Shown here piece by piece: positions 52,537 through 63,738 of a stretch of DNA of 64,000 bases. The stretch's first letter is position 1, and the number at the start of each line of letters is the position of its first letter. The notes under the pieces were generated by a model that saw only the letters and a list, made by a program, of their open reading frames with translations, searched no databases and was not told the DNA's origin. Origin of the DNA: Trueperaceae bacterium (GTDB lineage: Bacteria > Deinococcota > Deinococci > Deinococcales > Trueperaceae). Location: the NCBI GenBank assembly GCA_965213705.1, contig OZ243913.1:2272001-2336000 (forward strand), given 5' to 3'. Made by a program: the position numbers and the translations under genes.

Positions 52537-52594
52537 TGAGACTTGCGCGAGAAAGGTTCTACATTTTCGTCACTCGTGTATGATAAAAGTCAGG

Positions 52595-52840
52595 ATGAAT
52601 GAGCCAACAGTATCTCTCGTCGAATCAAATCCAGCAATCATGATGGGTAAACCCATTATTGCAGGTACACGTATTACGGTAGAGTCCATTTTGGAAAAAC
52701 TTGCCAGCGGTGAAAGCAGGGAACAACTTCTCAAAGCCCATCCTAGACTGACGACGGAGGCCATAGATGCAGCCCTGGCTTTTGCTGCTCGAGCCCTTCG
52801 TGCTGATGTAGTTTACCCTCTACCCGGCAAGGCGGCGTGA
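52595..52840 (+). CDS. DUF433-family antitoxin-like protein
   Basis: NPAIMMGKPIIAGTRITVESIL..HPRLT.EAIDAAL. Confidence 0.88.
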   Translation: MNEPTVSLVESNPAIMMGKPIIAGTRITVESILEKLASGESREQLLKAHPRLTTEAIDAALAFAARALRADVVYPLPGKAA

Positions 52841-53190
52841 CCTTTGTTGCCGATGAAGGTGTAGATAACGCCATCGTCAGCAGGTTGCGAAACGAAGAGT
52901 ATGAAGTTCTCTACGTTGCAGAAATGTCACCGAGTATCTCCGACGGTGAGGTTTTGGACCGAGCGAACGAGGTTCAAGCCCTTCTCATCACGGAGGACAA
53001 AGACTTTGGTGAATTAGTGTTTCGACTGAAGCGCATCCACGGTGGTGTTATTCTACTCAGACTTCACGGTCTGGGTTCTGAACTAAAGGCAAAGATGGTT
53101 GCTGAGACTGTTCAGAAACATAGCGCTGAGATGACAAACGCATTCACAGTCATCTCGCACAGTTCAGTGCGTATCCGCTCCGAACCGTAG
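52837..53190 (+). CDS. DUF5615 PIN-like toxin (VapC45/Mut7-C-like)
   Basis: FVADEGV, SDGEVL, LITEDKDFGEL, GVILLR; coupled to DUF433. Confidence 0.85.
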   Translation: MTFVADEGVDNAIVSRLRNEEYEVLYVAEMSPSISDGEVLDRANEVQALLITEDKDFGELVFRLKRIHGGVILLRLHGLGSELKAKMVAETVQKHSAEMTNAFTVISHSSVRIRSEP

Positions 53191-53309
53191 TGCGACGCCT
53201 GTATGGCTATACGCTGCAAGAGACGCCAACAGGTTGTTAGAAAAATTGACCGTTGCCCCTTGCTCACTCTCAGCAACAGCTTTTCGGCAGTACAGGTATA
53301 CTTACCCTC

Positions 53310-54071
53310 ATGAAAATCCTTGCTTCCAACGACGACGGCATGTTTTCGCCCGGTTTGCACGCGCTGGCGCTGGCCCTGAGCGAGGTCGCCGACGAAGTTC
53401 TGGTGGTCGCGCCGGACGTCGAGCAGAGCGCGTCCGGGCACGCCATCACGGTACGCCGCCCGTTGCGCTACACGCGCACGAGGCTCGAGCTGCCCCCCAA
53501 CGTGACCGCTTTTCGCGTTGACGGCACTCCGGCCGACTGTGTGGTGTTGGGCGTCCACAACGGCGGGCGACCGGACGTGGTCGTCTCCGGCATCAACCTG
53601 GGCTCGAACCTCGGCTACGACGTGACCCACTCGGGCACCGTGGCGGCGGCGATGGAGGGCACGACCATGGACATCCCGTCGCTCGCGTTTTCACTGCGCA
53701 CCGGCGACGCCGAGCTGGATTTTTCCCACGCCGCCGCCTTTGCCGCCGACCTCGCGCCGCGCGTGGCGCGCGAAGGACTTCCTAAGCGCACCCTCCTAAA
53801 CGTCAACTTTCCGGTGGGCCGGCCCAAAGGCGTGTTGCTCGCCCGACAGTCGACGCACAACTGGCAAGACACGGTGGTGGCGCGCGAAGACCCCGAGGGC
53901 GTGCCCTACTACTGGATAGCCGGTAAACCGGTCGGCTCGGAGGAGCCCGACACCGATTACACGGCGGTCGTGGGCGGCTACGCGGCCGTCACCCCGCTGC
54001 ACCTTGACATGACGCAGGGCAGCTTTTTTGACCGGCTCAGCGGTTTTTTGCCCACCCTGAAGGTAGCTTAG
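53310..54071 (+). CDS. surE: 5'/3'-nucleotidase SurE
   Basis: SNDDG, GTPADCV, SGINLGSN, SGTVAAA. Confidence 0.95.
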   Translation: MKILASNDDGMFSPGLHALALALSEVADEVLVVAPDVEQSASGHAITVRRPLRYTRTRLELPPNVTAFRVDGTPADCVVLGVHNGGRPDVVVSGINLGSNLGYDVTHSGTVAAAMEGTTMDIPSLAFSLRTGDAELDFSHAAAFAADLAPRVAREGLPKRTLLNVNFPVGRPKGVLLARQSTHNWQDTVVAREDPEGVPYYWIAGKPVGSEEPDTDYTAVVGGYAAVTPLHLDMTQGSFFDRLSGFLPTLKVA

Positions 54072-54088
54072 AAAGGTGACCTAGAACC

Positions 54089-55093
54089 GTGCCGGACTTG
54101 TCAGCGCTGCGCGGCGCGCTCTTGACTGCTGTGCTGAAAGCTTTGCCGACGCAGCACGGCAACCCCGACCTGAACGACTTTTACGCCCTGCTCCGCGACT
54201 ATCCCGCTCGGGGCGGCAAGGCGCTGCGCGGCCTGTTCACGCTGCTCGCCGCCGAGGCCCACGGGGGCGCGTGGCAGGACGCGCTTCAGGTGGCGGCCGC
54301 GCTGGAGCTTTTCCAGAGTTGGGTACTCGTCCACGACGACATCGAGGACGATTCGGAGGAGCGGCGCGGCGCGCCCGCGCTGCACAAGACCGTAGGGATG
54401 CCGGTCGCGCTCAACGTGGGCGACGCGCTGCACGTCTACATGTGGAGTTTGCTGCACCGCGTTGGTTCCGAGTTGCCCAAGGACGCCATTCTGGACGAGT
54501 TCGTCACGATGATTCACCGCACCGCCGAGGGCCAGCACTTAGACCTGCTGTGGGTGGCGCAAAACCGCTTCGACGTGTCCGAAGCCGATTACCTGGAGAT
54601 GGTGCGCCTCAAGAGCGCGTTTTACACGGTCGTGTCGCCGCTGAAACTGGGTGCGCTGTGCGCGGGGCAACAGCCCGACGAACGCTTTGAGACCTTGGGC
54701 ACCGCCCTGGGCGTCGCGTTTCAAATCCGCGACGACGTGCTCAACCTGACGCCCGGCGACAGCGGCTACGGTAAAGAGTTTGCGGGCGACTTGTACGAGG
54801 CCAAACGCACGCTCGTCTTGGCCCACCTGTTCGCCTGCGCCACACCCGCCGAGGCCGAGGAAACTACCCTACGTCTCGCGAAGCCGAGGACGGAACGCAC
54901 GCCGGACGACGTGGCGCGGGTGCTGGGGCTCGTCCACCGTTACAAGGCTCTCGACTACGCGCAAAGCGTGGCGGAGCAAAAAGCCGCCGAGGGTTTGGCC
55001 TTACTCGCAGAGGTGACGCCGGACCTAGCGAACCCCACGGCCGCCGCCGAACTGTCCGGGTTGCTCGAGACCCTGTCGAACCGTACCGCCTGA
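54089..55093 (+). CDS. Polyprenyl (probably GGPP) synthase
   Basis: GGKALR, HDDIED, GQHLD, FQIRDD. Confidence 0.88.
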   Translation: MPDLSALRGALLTAVLKALPTQHGNPDLNDFYALLRDYPARGGKALRGLFTLLAAEAHGGAWQDALQVAAALELFQSWVLVHDDIEDDSEERRGAPALHKTVGMPVALNVGDALHVYMWSLLHRVGSELPKDAILDEFVTMIHRTAEGQHLDLLWVAQNRFDVSEADYLEMVRLKSAFYTVVSPLKLGALCAGQQPDERFETLGTALGVAFQIRDDVLNLTPGDSGYGKEFAGDLYEAKRTLVLAHLFACATPAEAEETTLRLAKPRTERTPDDVARVLGLVHRYKALDYAQSVAEQKAAEGLALLAEVTPDLANPTAAAELSGLLETLSNRTA

Positions 55094-55278
55094 ACTCGGC
55101 AGCCCCGGCGGCCCAGCGCTGCAACGCAGAACGCGCCGCGGTTCTCTTCGCACCGGCACCGATGCCCAAGCGTCCGGTCATGACGGCTAACCCCTGTCGA
55201 GCCGGCCGGTCACCGGTTGGGTGAACTTGCGCGACCTGCCAACGCCCGTACCCGAAGCGCTACAATAAAAAACGACTC

Positions 55279-55896
55279 GTGACCCTGTTCTCTCTCAGCC
55301 GCTGTCCCGTCTGCCGGGTGCGGGCCTCCGCGCCGCGCGGCGCTTGCAGCCTGTGTCTTGACAACTTGTTCGCGCCCCAGGTGCAAGTAGACCTACTCAC
55401 CTTGGGCGTGTACGAGGGCAAGCTCGAGGCGGCGGTGCGGGCCTTTAAGTTTCAACACGCGACGCGCTTGGCGGGCGTGTTCGGCGTGGCGCTCGCCGCC
55501 GAAGTGAAGCGCCTGGGCTGGCAGGTCGACAGTGTCTGCGCCGTACCCCTTCACTGGCGGCGCTATTTGCACCGCGGCTATAACCAGTCGGCGCTCATCG
55601 CTGCCAAAGTTGCAACTGAACTCGACTGTCCTTACACGCCGCTGCTCACGCGCACCAAGGCCACCCACCAACAGGCCCGTTTGCGGCGCGCAGACCGTTT
55701 CGAAAACGTCAAAGGCGTTTTTCGGGCCGGAGGTGGGACCGGTGCCAACGGTAGCCCCAACCTGCGCGGGAAGCGCGTGCTTCTTATAGACGACGTCGTC
55801 ACGAGCGGGGCAACGACGGCGGCTTGCAAGAGCGTCCTCGAGCGCGCCGGCGCCGCCGAGGTCAAAATAGCCGCTGTGGCCCGAGCAAGAGTATGA
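55279..55896 (+). CDS. comF: ComF-family protein
   Basis: CPVC..CSLC, VPLH..R...RGYNQS, LIDDVVTSGAT. Confidence 0.88.
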   Translation: MTLFSLSRCPVCRVRASAPRGACSLCLDNLFAPQVQVDLLTLGVYEGKLEAAVRAFKFQHATRLAGVFGVALAAEVKRLGWQVDSVCAVPLHWRRYLHRGYNQSALIAAKVATELDCPYTPLLTRTKATHQQARLRRADRFENVKGVFRAGGGTGANGSPNLRGKRVLLIDDVVTSGATTAACKSVLERAGAAEVKIAAVARARV

Positions 55897-56255
55897 ACCT
55901 CGAGGGCACAACCCGATTCATCCCGCGGGCTGCCACCTTACAGAAAGCTTCTGACAAAAAGAGTTTGAACACAAAAGGGTGACTGGGGAGTGATACCCTT
56001 TCCGGTTCATGACTATTAACCCGTGCAAACAGTCCTGAATCACAGCTGTGACTATAACGGCTGAGCGTTGAGCCGTCACCGCTAGTTTCGCTGGCTCAGG
56101 ACTGTCCAGCGAGAAGAAACTGTTGCGGACTGAAGACTTAGAATCCGTATGAAGTGAGGTTAAATCCCGCTGGGACGCAAGTTTTGAGCGGCGAATCGGG
56201 GTCGAACCCGAACCCCAATTTGGGAGGACACCCTGGCTTTCGGGTTGCCCAGGCC

Positions 56256-56285
56256 TTGCTTTCTGTTCGGATGTCCCTATATAAT
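56256..56285 (+). promoter_or_regulatory. Candidate str operon promoter
   Basis: TTGCTT, 18 nt, TATAAT. Confidence 0.6.
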
Positions 56286-56462
56286 ACACAGGTTTGCATC
56301 CCCCTGGCTTGCAGCGCTAAGTCTGGGGGCCGGTTTGTTGCGTGGTTATGAAGCTTTACCGCTCGCTCGTTCACGTACTCACCACACAAGTTATTTGGCT
56401 ATTCGTTCGACGCTGTTCGTTCAACCCTGCACCGCCAGGGGATTTACAAGGGAGTGATGACG

Positions 56463-56858
56463 CTGCCAACCGTCAACCAGCTACTGCGCAAAGGGCGCAA
56501 AACGCTTAAGAAAAAGAACAAAACCCCGGCTCTCAAGGGGAGTCCGCAACGCCGTGGCGTCTGCACCGTCGTCAAGACGCAAACGCCCAAAAAGCCGAAC
56601 TCGGCGCTGCGCAAAATCGCGCGGGTGCGCCTTTCCAGCGGCTACGAGGTCACGGCTTATATTCCCGGCGAGAAGCACAACCTGCAAGAGCATTCGGTCG
56701 TGCTGATTCGCGGCGGCCGGGTCAAAGACCTGCCGGGCGTTCGCTACCACATCGTCCGCGGCGCGCTCGACACCCAGGGCGTCGGCGTCGGCCGTTACGT
56801 CCAGCGCAACCAGGGCCGGAGCAAGTACGGCTCCAAAAAGCCCAAGGCGAAGAAGTAG
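56463..56858 (+). CDS. rpsL: 30S ribosomal protein S12, probable CTG start
   Basis: [34 protein letters not shown] 8 nt before the CTG. Confidence 0.97.
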   Translation: MPTVNQLLRKGRKTLKKKNKTPALKGSPQRRGVCTVVKTQTPKKPNSALRKIARVRLSSGYEVTAYIPGEKHNLQEHSVVLIRGGRVKDLPGVRYHIVRGALDTQGVGVGRYVQRNQGRSKYGSKKPKAKK

Positions 56859-56869
56859 GAGTTTAGAGT

Positions 56870-57340
56870 ATGGCACGCAGACGCAGAGCCGAAATCCGTC
56901 CCATCGAGCCCGACCTGGTGTACGCGGACACCACGGTGACCTCGTTCATCAACAAGATGATGCGTGAGGGCAAGAAAAATTTGTCCAGCCGCATCTTCTA
57001 CGGCGCTTGCCGGCTGGTGCAGGAGCGCAGCGGGCAAGAGCCCCTGAAGGTGTTCCGCCAGGCCGTCGACAACGTCAAACCGCGCATCGAGGTCAAAAGC
57101 CGCCGTGTGGGCGGGGCGACGTACCAGGTGCCGGTCGAGGTCAACCCGCGCCGCTCGCAGTCGTTGAGTTTGCGCTGGCTCGTCGCCGCCTCGGACTCGC
57201 GTCCGGAGCGCACCGCGGTCGAGCGCGTAGCGGGCGAACTGCTCGACGCCGCTGCCGGCCGCGGCGGCGCCGTCAAGAAAAAAGACGACGTCGAACGCAT
57301 GGCCGAAGCCAACCGCGCTTACGCGCACTACCGCTGGTAG
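56870..57340 (+). CDS. rpsG: 30S ribosomal protein S7
   Basis: RRVGGATYQVP, MAEANRAYAHYRW. Confidence 0.98.
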   Translation: MARRRRAEIRPIEPDLVYADTTVTSFINKMMREGKKNLSSRIFYGACRLVQERSGQEPLKVFRQAVDNVKPRIEVKSRRVGGATYQVPVEVNPRRSQSLSLRWLVAASDSRPERTAVERVAGELLDAAAGRGGAVKKKDDVERMAEANRAYAHYRW

Positions 57341-57396
57341 AAAGGAGCAAGCACTTCGGCGTTTCAGCCCCAAGCTGTTGAGCTGAGCTGTACATT

Positions 57397-59469
57397 ATGG
57401 CAACCAAAACAGGTATTGACTTAACCAAAACCCGCAACATCGGCATCGCCGCGCACATCGACGCGGGCAAGACGACGCTGACCGAGCGCATCCTCTTTTT
57501 TACCGGCCGTATTCACAAAACCGGCGAGGTTCACGAGGGTGCCGCGACGATGGACTGGATGGAGCAAGAGCGCGAGCGCGGCATAACCATCACCTCGGCG
57601 GTCACCACGGCAACCTGGAAAGACGCGCGCATCAACATCATCGACACGCCGGGCCACGTGGACTTCACGATGGAGGTGGAGCGTTCGATGCGCGTCCTCG
57701 ACGCGGCCGTCGCCGTGTTCGACGGTTCGCAAGGCGTCGAGCCGCAGTCGGAAACCGTGTGGCGGCAGGCCGACAAGTACAAAGTGCCCCGCCTCGCCTT
57801 CGCCAACAAGATGGACAAGACCGGCGCGGACTTTCAGCTCGTGCTGGACTCGATGGAAGAACGTCTCGGCGCGAACGCGGTGCCGATTCAGTGGCCCATC
57901 GGCCGCGAGGACAGCTTCAAAGGGCTTATCGACCTCGTCGAGATGCAGGCTTACACCTACCTCGACGACTTGGGCCAAGACATCGAAGTGAGCGACATTC
58001 CCGCCGACTATCAAGAGATTGCCAAAGAGAAACGCAACCTGATGATTGAAAAGCTCGCCGACGTCGACGACGAAGTGGCGATGCTGTTTCTCGAGGGCGA
58101 AGAAGTGCCCAGCGCTACCATCAACGCCGCGATTCGCAAAGGCGTTATCAGCCTGAACGTGTTTCCGGTGCTCTGCGGTTCAGCGCTGAAAAACAAGGGC
58201 GTGCAGCGCCTTTTGGACGCCGTGACCCTCTATTTGCCGAGCCCGCTCGATGTGCCCGCCATCAGGGGCGTGTTGCCCGACAACGGCGAAGAGACGAGCC
58301 GCGCCGCCGAAGACGACGCGCCGACCTCGGCCCTGGCCTTCAAGATTATGACCGACCCCTACGTGGGCCGGTTGACCTTTGTGCGGGTGTACTCGGGCGT
58401 TTTGGAGTCGGGGAGTTACGTTTACAACGCCTCCAAGGGCAAGCGTGAGCGCATCGGGCGCTTGATGAAAATGCACTCGAACAACCGCGAAGAGGTCGAC
58501 CGCATCGGCGCGGGTGACTTGGGAGCCGTCATCGGGCTTAAAGACACGACGACCGGCGACACGCTCTGCGACCCGGACCATCTGGTGATTCTCGAGTCCA
58601 TCGAGGTCCCCGAGCCGGTCATCTCGGTCGCCATCGAGCCCGCTTCGAAGGCCGACCAGGACAAGCTCTCGAACGGGCTGGTCAAACTCACCGAAGAGGA
58701 CCCGACCTTCCGCGTCCAGACCGACAGCGAAACCGGCCAGACGGTCATTTCAGGCATGGGCGAGCTTCACCTGGAAATCATCGTGGACAGACTGCGCCGC
58801 GAGTTCAACGTGAACGCCAACGTGGGCGCGCCGCAAGTTGCGTACCGCGAGACGATCACCCGCGCGGTCGACGTACAGGGCAAGTTCGTCCGGCAGTCGG
58901 GCGGGCGCGGTCAGTACGGCGACGTGCGCATCAAGGCGGAACCCTTGGAGCGCGGCAGCGGTTTCGAGTTCGAAAACGCCGTCGTCGGCGGGACGATTCC
59001 CCGCGAATTTATCCCCGCCGTGCAAAAGGGTGTCGAAGAAGCGATGCAAAACGGGCCGCTGCTGGGTTTCCCCATCGTCGACGTAAAAGTCGTTCTTTAC
59101 GACGGTTCCTACCACGAGGTCGACTCCTCCGAGATGGCTTTCAAGATTGCCGCTTCGATGGCGATTCGCGAGGTCATGAACAAGGGCGGGGCGACTGTTC
59201 TCGAGCCCATCATGCGCGTCGAAGTCGTCACCCCTGAGACCTACATGGGCGACGCCATCGGCAGCTTGAACTCGCGCCGCGGCCAGATTCAGGGAATGCA
59301 GCCGCGTGGCAACGCGCAAGTCATCAACGCCAACGTGCCCTTGTCCGAGATGTTCGGCTACGCGACCGACCTGCGCAGCTTGACGCAAGGCCGCGCAACT
59401 TTCACTATGTTTTTAGACCACTACGCCCAAGTTCCTAAAAGCGTTCAGGACGAGCTAGTCAAGAAGTAG
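57397..59469 (+). CDS. fusA: Elongation factor G
   Basis: [33 protein letters not shown]. Confidence 0.98.
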   Translation: MATKTGIDLTKTRNIGIAAHIDAGKTTLTERILFFTGRIHKTGEVHEGAATMDWMEQERERGITITSAVTTATWKDARINIIDTPGHVDFTMEVERSMRVLDAAVAVFDGSQGVEPQSETVWRQADKYKVPRLAFANKMDKTGADFQLVLDSMEERLGANAVPIQWPIGREDSFKGLIDLVEMQAYTYLDDLGQDIEVSDIPADYQEIAKEKRNLMIEKLADVDDEVAMLFLEGEEVPSATINAAIRKGVISLNVFPVLCGSALKNKGVQRLLDAVTLYLPSPLDVPAIRGVLPDNGEETSRAAEDDAPTSALAFKIMTDPYVGRLTFVRVYSGVLESGSYVYNASKGKRERIGRLMKMHSNNREEVDRIGAGDLGAVIGLKDTTTGDTLCDPDHLVILESIEVPEPVISVAIEPASKADQDKLSNGLVKLTEEDPTFRVQTDSETGQTVISGMGELHLEIIVDRLRREFNVNANVGAPQVAYRETITRAVDVQGKFVRQSGGRGQYGDVRIKAEPLERGSGFEFENAVVGGTIPREFIPAVQKGVEEAMQNGPLLGFPIVDVKVVLYDGSYHEVDSSEMAFKIAASMAIREVMNKGGATVLEPIMRVEVVTPETYMGDAIGSLNSRRGQIQGMQPRGNAQVINANVPLSEMFGYATDLRSLTQGRATFTMFLDHYAQVPKSVQDELVKK

Positions 59470-59536
59470 TCAGGGGTGTCACCTGCGCTTCGCGTGCAGG
59501 TGAGCCTCAATTCTCAATTCAAAAAGGAGCACCACA

Positions 59537-60754
59537 ATGGCAAAAAGCGTATTCCAGCGCACGAAACCGCACGTAAACGTAGGCACGATTGGTCACGTGG
59601 ACCACGGCAAGACCACTTTGACAGCGGCCATCACCTTTACAGCGGCGGCGGCCGACCCGACAGTGACGACGCAAAGCTACGACCAAATCGACAAAGCGCC
59701 CGAAGAGAAAGCTCGGGGCATCACCATCAACACCTCACACGTGGAGTACCAAACGAAAGCGCGCCACTACTCCCACGTCGACTGCCCGGGCCACGCTGAC
59801 TACGTCAAGAACATGATTACCGGTGCCGCGCAGATGGACGGAGCTATTTTGGTGGTCAGCGCCGCCGACGGCCCGATGCCGCAAACGCGCGAACACATCC
59901 TCTTGGCTAGACAAGTGGGCGTGCCTTACATCGTGGTGTTCATGAACAAAACCGACATGGTCGACGACGAAGAACTGCTCGAACTCGTCGAAATGGAAGT
60001 GCGCGAACTGCTCGCCTCCTACGACTTCCCCGGCGACGACATCCCGGTGGTACAAGGCTCGGCTTTGAAAGCCCTAGAAGCCCTGCAAGCCAACCCCAAT
60101 ACCCAACGCGGCGAAAACGAGTGGGTCGATAAAATCTGGGACCTGCTCGACGCGGTGGACAGCTACATCCCCACGCCTGAACGCGACGTCGACAAGGCGT
60201 TCTTGATGCCGGTCGAAGACGTGTTCACCATCACCGGCCGCGGCACCGTGGCGACGGGCAGGGTCGAACGGGGCACGGTCAAGACCGGCGAAGAAATCTC
60301 CATCGTCGGGCTAAGCGACACCAAAAAGACGGTCGTGACCGGTGTCGAGATGCACCGCAAGACGCTCGACTCGGGTCTGGCCGGCGACAACGTAGGCGTG
60401 CTGTTGCGCGGCGTGGGCCGCGACGACATCGAACGAGGTCAAGTGTTAGCCAAACCCGGTTCCATCACTCCCCATACCGTTTTCGACGGGTCGGTGTACA
60501 TCTTGAAGAAAGAAGAAGGCGGCCGGCACAGCGCCTTCTTCACCGGCTACCGGCCGCAGTTTTACTTTCGCACGACCGACGTCACGGGCGTGGTGACTCT
60601 CCCTGAGAGCGTGGAGATGGTGATGCCCGGGGACAATGTGGAGCTGAGTGTCGAACTCATCAAGCCTATAGCGATGGAAGACGGGCTGAGGTTCGCCATC
60701 CGTGAGGGTGGGCGCACCGTGGGGGCTGGCGTGGTTACTAAGGTGACGAAGTAA
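59537..60754 (+). CDS. tuf: Elongation factor Tu
   Basis: [38 protein letters not shown]. Confidence 0.98.
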   Translation: MAKSVFQRTKPHVNVGTIGHVDHGKTTLTAAITFTAAAADPTVTTQSYDQIDKAPEEKARGITINTSHVEYQTKARHYSHVDCPGHADYVKNMITGAAQMDGAILVVSAADGPMPQTREHILLARQVGVPYIVVFMNKTDMVDDEELLELVEMEVRELLASYDFPGDDIPVVQGSALKALEALQANPNTQRGENEWVDKIWDLLDAVDSYIPTPERDVDKAFLMPVEDVFTITGRGTVATGRVERGTVKTGEEISIVGLSDTKKTVVTGVEMHRKTLDSGLAGDNVGVLLRGVGRDDIERGQVLAKPGSITPHTVFDGSVYILKKEEGGRHSAFFTGYRPQFYFRTTDVTGVVTLPESVEMVMPGDNVELSVELIKPIAMEDGLRFAIREGGRTVGAGVVTKVTK

Positions 60755-60757
60755 TTT

Positions 60758-61081
60758 ATGGCCGCTACCCCTCGCATCCGCATCAAGCTCAAGGGCTTCG
60801 ACCACAGAAGCTTGGACAGCTCGGCGACAAAAATCGTCGACACGGTTAAGCGCACCGGCGCGAAGGTGGCGGGTCCCGTCCCGCTACCGACCCGCACGCG
60901 GCGCTTCTGCGTGCTCCGGAGCCCTTTTGTCAACAAGGACAGCCGCGAGCATTTTGAAATTCGCACACACAACCGCCTTATCGACATCAAGGCCCCGACT
61001 AAAAGCACCATCGACAGCCTGATGCACTTGGACCTCCCGACCGGGGTGGACATCGAAATCAAGACGGTCGGAGGCAGGTAA
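60758..61081 (+). CDS. rpsJ: 30S ribosomal protein S10
   Basis: [27 protein letters not shown]. Confidence 0.97.
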   Translation: MAATPRIRIKLKGFDHRSLDSSATKIVDTVKRTGAKVAGPVPLPTRTRRFCVLRSPFVNKDSREHFEIRTHNRLIDIKAPTKSTIDSLMHLDLPTGVDIEIKTVGGR

Positions 61082-61085
61082 TAAC

Positions 61086-61706
61086 GTGAAAGGCATTTTA
61101 GGAACCAAAGTGGGCATGACCCAAGTCTGGCAGGGAGACCGACTCGTCCCGGTCACGGTCGTGATGGCCGGACCCTGCCCGGTCGTGCAGCGCAAAGCTC
61201 TGGAGACCGACGGCTACAGCGCCGTGCAGCTCGGTTGGGTGGAAAAGAGCGTCAAAGCCGCCAACAAACCCGAAAAGGGCCACGCCAGAAAGGCCGACCT
61301 GCCACCGCAGCGGCACTTGGTCGAGTTCCGCGACTTCGCGCCCGAAGGGGACGCGGTGACCGTGGAGCTGTTCGAGACCGGGCAAAAGGTCGACGTGACC
61401 GGCACCAGTAAAGGCCGCGGCACCACCGGCGTCATCAAGCGCTGGGGCTTTTCGGGGATGCCCGCGTCGCACGGTGTCAAAAAGAAGCACCGGCACGGGG
61501 GCTCCATCGGTCAGCGCAAGTCGCCGGGCCGTGTTTACAAGGGCAAGAAGATGGCCGGCCACTACGGCGCGGAAACGGTGACGACGGTCGGCTTGGAACT
61601 CGTCGACGTTCGTCCGGACGACAACCTGCTGCTCATCCGCGGCGCGTTGCCGGGTCCGAACGGCGGCCTCGTCATCGTCAAGAACTCACGAAAGCAGGTG
61701 GGCTGA
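61086..61706 (+). CDS. rplC: 50S ribosomal protein L3
   Basis: [29 protein letters not shown]. Confidence 0.97.
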   Translation: MKGILGTKVGMTQVWQGDRLVPVTVVMAGPCPVVQRKALETDGYSAVQLGWVEKSVKAANKPEKGHARKADLPPQRHLVEFRDFAPEGDAVTVELFETGQKVDVTGTSKGRGTTGVIKRWGFSGMPASHGVKKKHRHGGSIGQRKSPGRVYKGKKMAGHYGAETVTTVGLELVDVRPDDNLLLIRGALPGPNGGLVIVKNSRKQVG

Positions 61707-62350
61707 TGCCCGTCACCTTGGACGTGCTCGGCAGCGGGCGCAAACTGACCCTCGACTTGCCCGAGCCCAAAGCGTCGGTGCTCCACGAAGTCGTCAACTG
61801 GCAACTTTCAAAACGCCGCCGCGGCACCGCGCACGCCAAAACGCGCGCCGAAGTCGTCGGCTCGACCGCTAAAATCTATCCGCAAAAAGGCACCGGCCGC
61901 GCGCGCCACGGCAGCCGCAAAGCGCCGATTTTCGTGGGCGGCGGCAAGGCTTTCGGGCCGCGTCCCCGCGACTACGAATACACGCTGCCAAAGCGTGTTC
62001 GCCGCTTGGGGCTGCAGATGGCCTTAGCCGCAAGGGCGAGTGAAGGCAAGCTCACCCTGGTTGAAAACTTCGACATCGGCGGGCGTACTAAAGAGTTTGT
62101 CGCCTGGGCCGCCAGCAACGGCTTCGACGGCCGTGAGCGCGTGCTCTTAGTTACCGACAACGAACTCGCCCGGCGCGCGGCGCGCAACCTCCCCTGGGTG
62201 GGCGTGTTGCCGCGCAAGGGTCTGAACGTTTACGACATCTTGCGTTACGACCGGCTCATCGCCGACGCGACGCTGCTCGAGGCTGGTTCTATGGATAGTT
62301 CGAACGACGGCTCGAGCGCGAACGAAAGGGTTCCCCATGAACCCGCATGA
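61706..62350 (+). CDS. rplD: 50S ribosomal protein L4
   Basis: [21 protein letters not shown]. Confidence 0.97.
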   Translation: MPVTLDVLGSGRKLTLDLPEPKASVLHEVVNWQLSKRRRGTAHAKTRAEVVGSTAKIYPQKGTGRARHGSRKAPIFVGGGKAFGPRPRDYEYTLPKRVRRLGLQMALAARASEGKLTLVENFDIGGRTKEFVAWAASNGFDGRERVLLVTDNELARRAARNLPWVGVLPRKGLNVYDILRYDRLIADATLLEAGSMDSSNDGSSANERVPHEPA

Positions 62351-62624
62351 CGTCGTGCTGCGCCCGGTGATGAGCGAAAAAGCCATTCAGGGCATCGCTG
62401 AGAACAAGTATGCCTTTTACGTTCGACCGGGCGCGAACCGCACCGAGGTCAAAGACTCTATCGAGCGCGTGTTCGACGTGGACGTGGTGAAAATCAACCT
62501 CGTGAATGTGCGGGGGAAAATAAAAACGCTCGGCCGCCACGCGGGCCGCCGCCCGGCGCGCCTAAAAGCCATCGTGACCTTAAAAGAAGGTCAACGCATC
62601 CAAGCTCTCGAAGGTCTCACCTAA
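62337..62624 (+). CDS. rplW: 50S ribosomal protein L23
   Basis: [14 protein letters not shown]. Confidence 0.96.
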   Translation: MNPHDVVLRPVMSEKAIQGIAENKYAFYVRPGANRTEVKDSIERVFDVDVVKINLVNVRGKIKTLGRHAGRRPARLKAIVTLKEGQRIQALEGLT

Positions 62625-62635
62625 GGAGGGGTCTT

Positions 62636-63472
62636 ATGCCAGTCAAGAGTTATCGCCCTTACACCCCTTCGCGCCGGTTTATGACGACGCCGGACTTTGC
62701 CGAAGTGACCAAAGCCGAGCCGGAGAAGTCGCTGCTCGAGCCGGTCAAACGTAACGGCGGCCGCAACAACCGGGGCCGCATTACCGCGCGCTTTCGCGGC
62801 GGCGGCCACAAGCGCCGCTACCGCGTAGTAGACTTTCGCCGCCGCGACAAAGAGGGCGTGCCCGCCCAAGTCGCTGGCATCGAATACGACCCCAACCGCA
62901 GCGCGAACATCGCCCTGCTGCACTACTTAGACGGCGAAAAGCGCTACATCTTAGCGCCGGAAAAGTTGGCCGTGGGCTCGCGCATCGTCAGCGGTCCCGA
63001 GGCCGAACCCGTGGTGGGCAACGCTATGCCGTTGCGCTTCGTGCCCATCGGCGCGGTCGTCCACAACGTCGAACTCGTGCCGGGCAAGGGCGCGCAGATA
63101 GCCCGCAGCGCGGGCACGAGCATCCAGATTCAAGGCCGTGACGGCGACTACGTCACCTTGCGTTTGCCCTCGGGCGAGTTGCGCCGGATTCACGGCGAGT
63201 GTTACGCCACCGTCGGCGTCGTCGGCAACGCGGAGCACAAGAACCTTACGATGGGCAAAGCCGGGCGCAAGCGCTGGGCCGGCCGCAAACCGCACGTCCG
63301 GGGCCGCGCCATGAACCCGGTCGACCACCCGCACGGCGGCGGCGAAGGCCGCTCCACCGGCGGCCGCCACCCGGTCAGCCCCTGGGGTCAAAAAGCCAAG
63401 GGCCTCAAGACGCGCTCCAAGCGCAAAACCAGTTCGAAATTTATCGTCCGCCGCCGGAAAGGGAGTAAGTAA
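62636..63472 (+). CDS. rplB: 50S ribosomal protein L2
   Basis: [30 protein letters not shown]. Confidence 0.98.
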   Translation: MPVKSYRPYTPSRRFMTTPDFAEVTKAEPEKSLLEPVKRNGGRNNRGRITARFRGGGHKRRYRVVDFRRRDKEGVPAQVAGIEYDPNRSANIALLHYLDGEKRYILAPEKLAVGSRIVSGPEAEPVVGNAMPLRFVPIGAVVHNVELVPGKGAQIARSAGTSIQIQGRDGDYVTLRLPSGELRRIHGECYATVGVVGNAEHKNLTMGKAGRKRWAGRKPHVRGRAMNPVDHPHGGGEGRSTGGRHPVSPWGQKAKGLKTRSKRKTSSKFIVRRRKGSK

Positions 63473-63738
63473 TGCCCCGCAGCACCAAAAAGGGTCCGTT
63501 TATCGACGAGCACCTGCTCGACAAAATCGACGCGGCCAACGAGTCGGGCGCTAGAAAAGTGATTCGCACCTGGAGCCGCCGCTCGACGGTCGTGCCCGAA
63601 ATGGTCGGCCACACCTTCGGCGTGTACAACGGCAAACAGCACGTGCCGGTGTTCGTCCAAGAAAACATGGTCGGCCACAAGCTGGGTGAGTTCGCGCCGA
63701 CGCGGATTTTCCGCAGCCACGGCGGGGGCCGGGGCTAA
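63472..63738 (+). CDS. rpsS: 30S ribosomal protein S19
   Basis: [24 protein letters not shown]. Confidence 0.97.
   Translation: MPRSTKKGPFIDEHLLDKIDAANESGARKVIRTWSRRSTVVPEMVGHTFGVYNGKQHVPVFVQENMVGHKLGEFAPTRIFRSHGGGRG

Noticed and set aside
56045..56150. Group I intron R/S-like motifs (GACTATA; GAAGACTTAGAATCC)
   Set aside because: P7 pairing is not convincing, P/Q elements are missing and no host gene is interrupted.
55918..56389. ORFs of 123, 83 and 65 aa in the comF-rpsL gap
   Set aside because: No RBS, atypical codon usage and overlap with the rpsL promoter; treated as non-coding.
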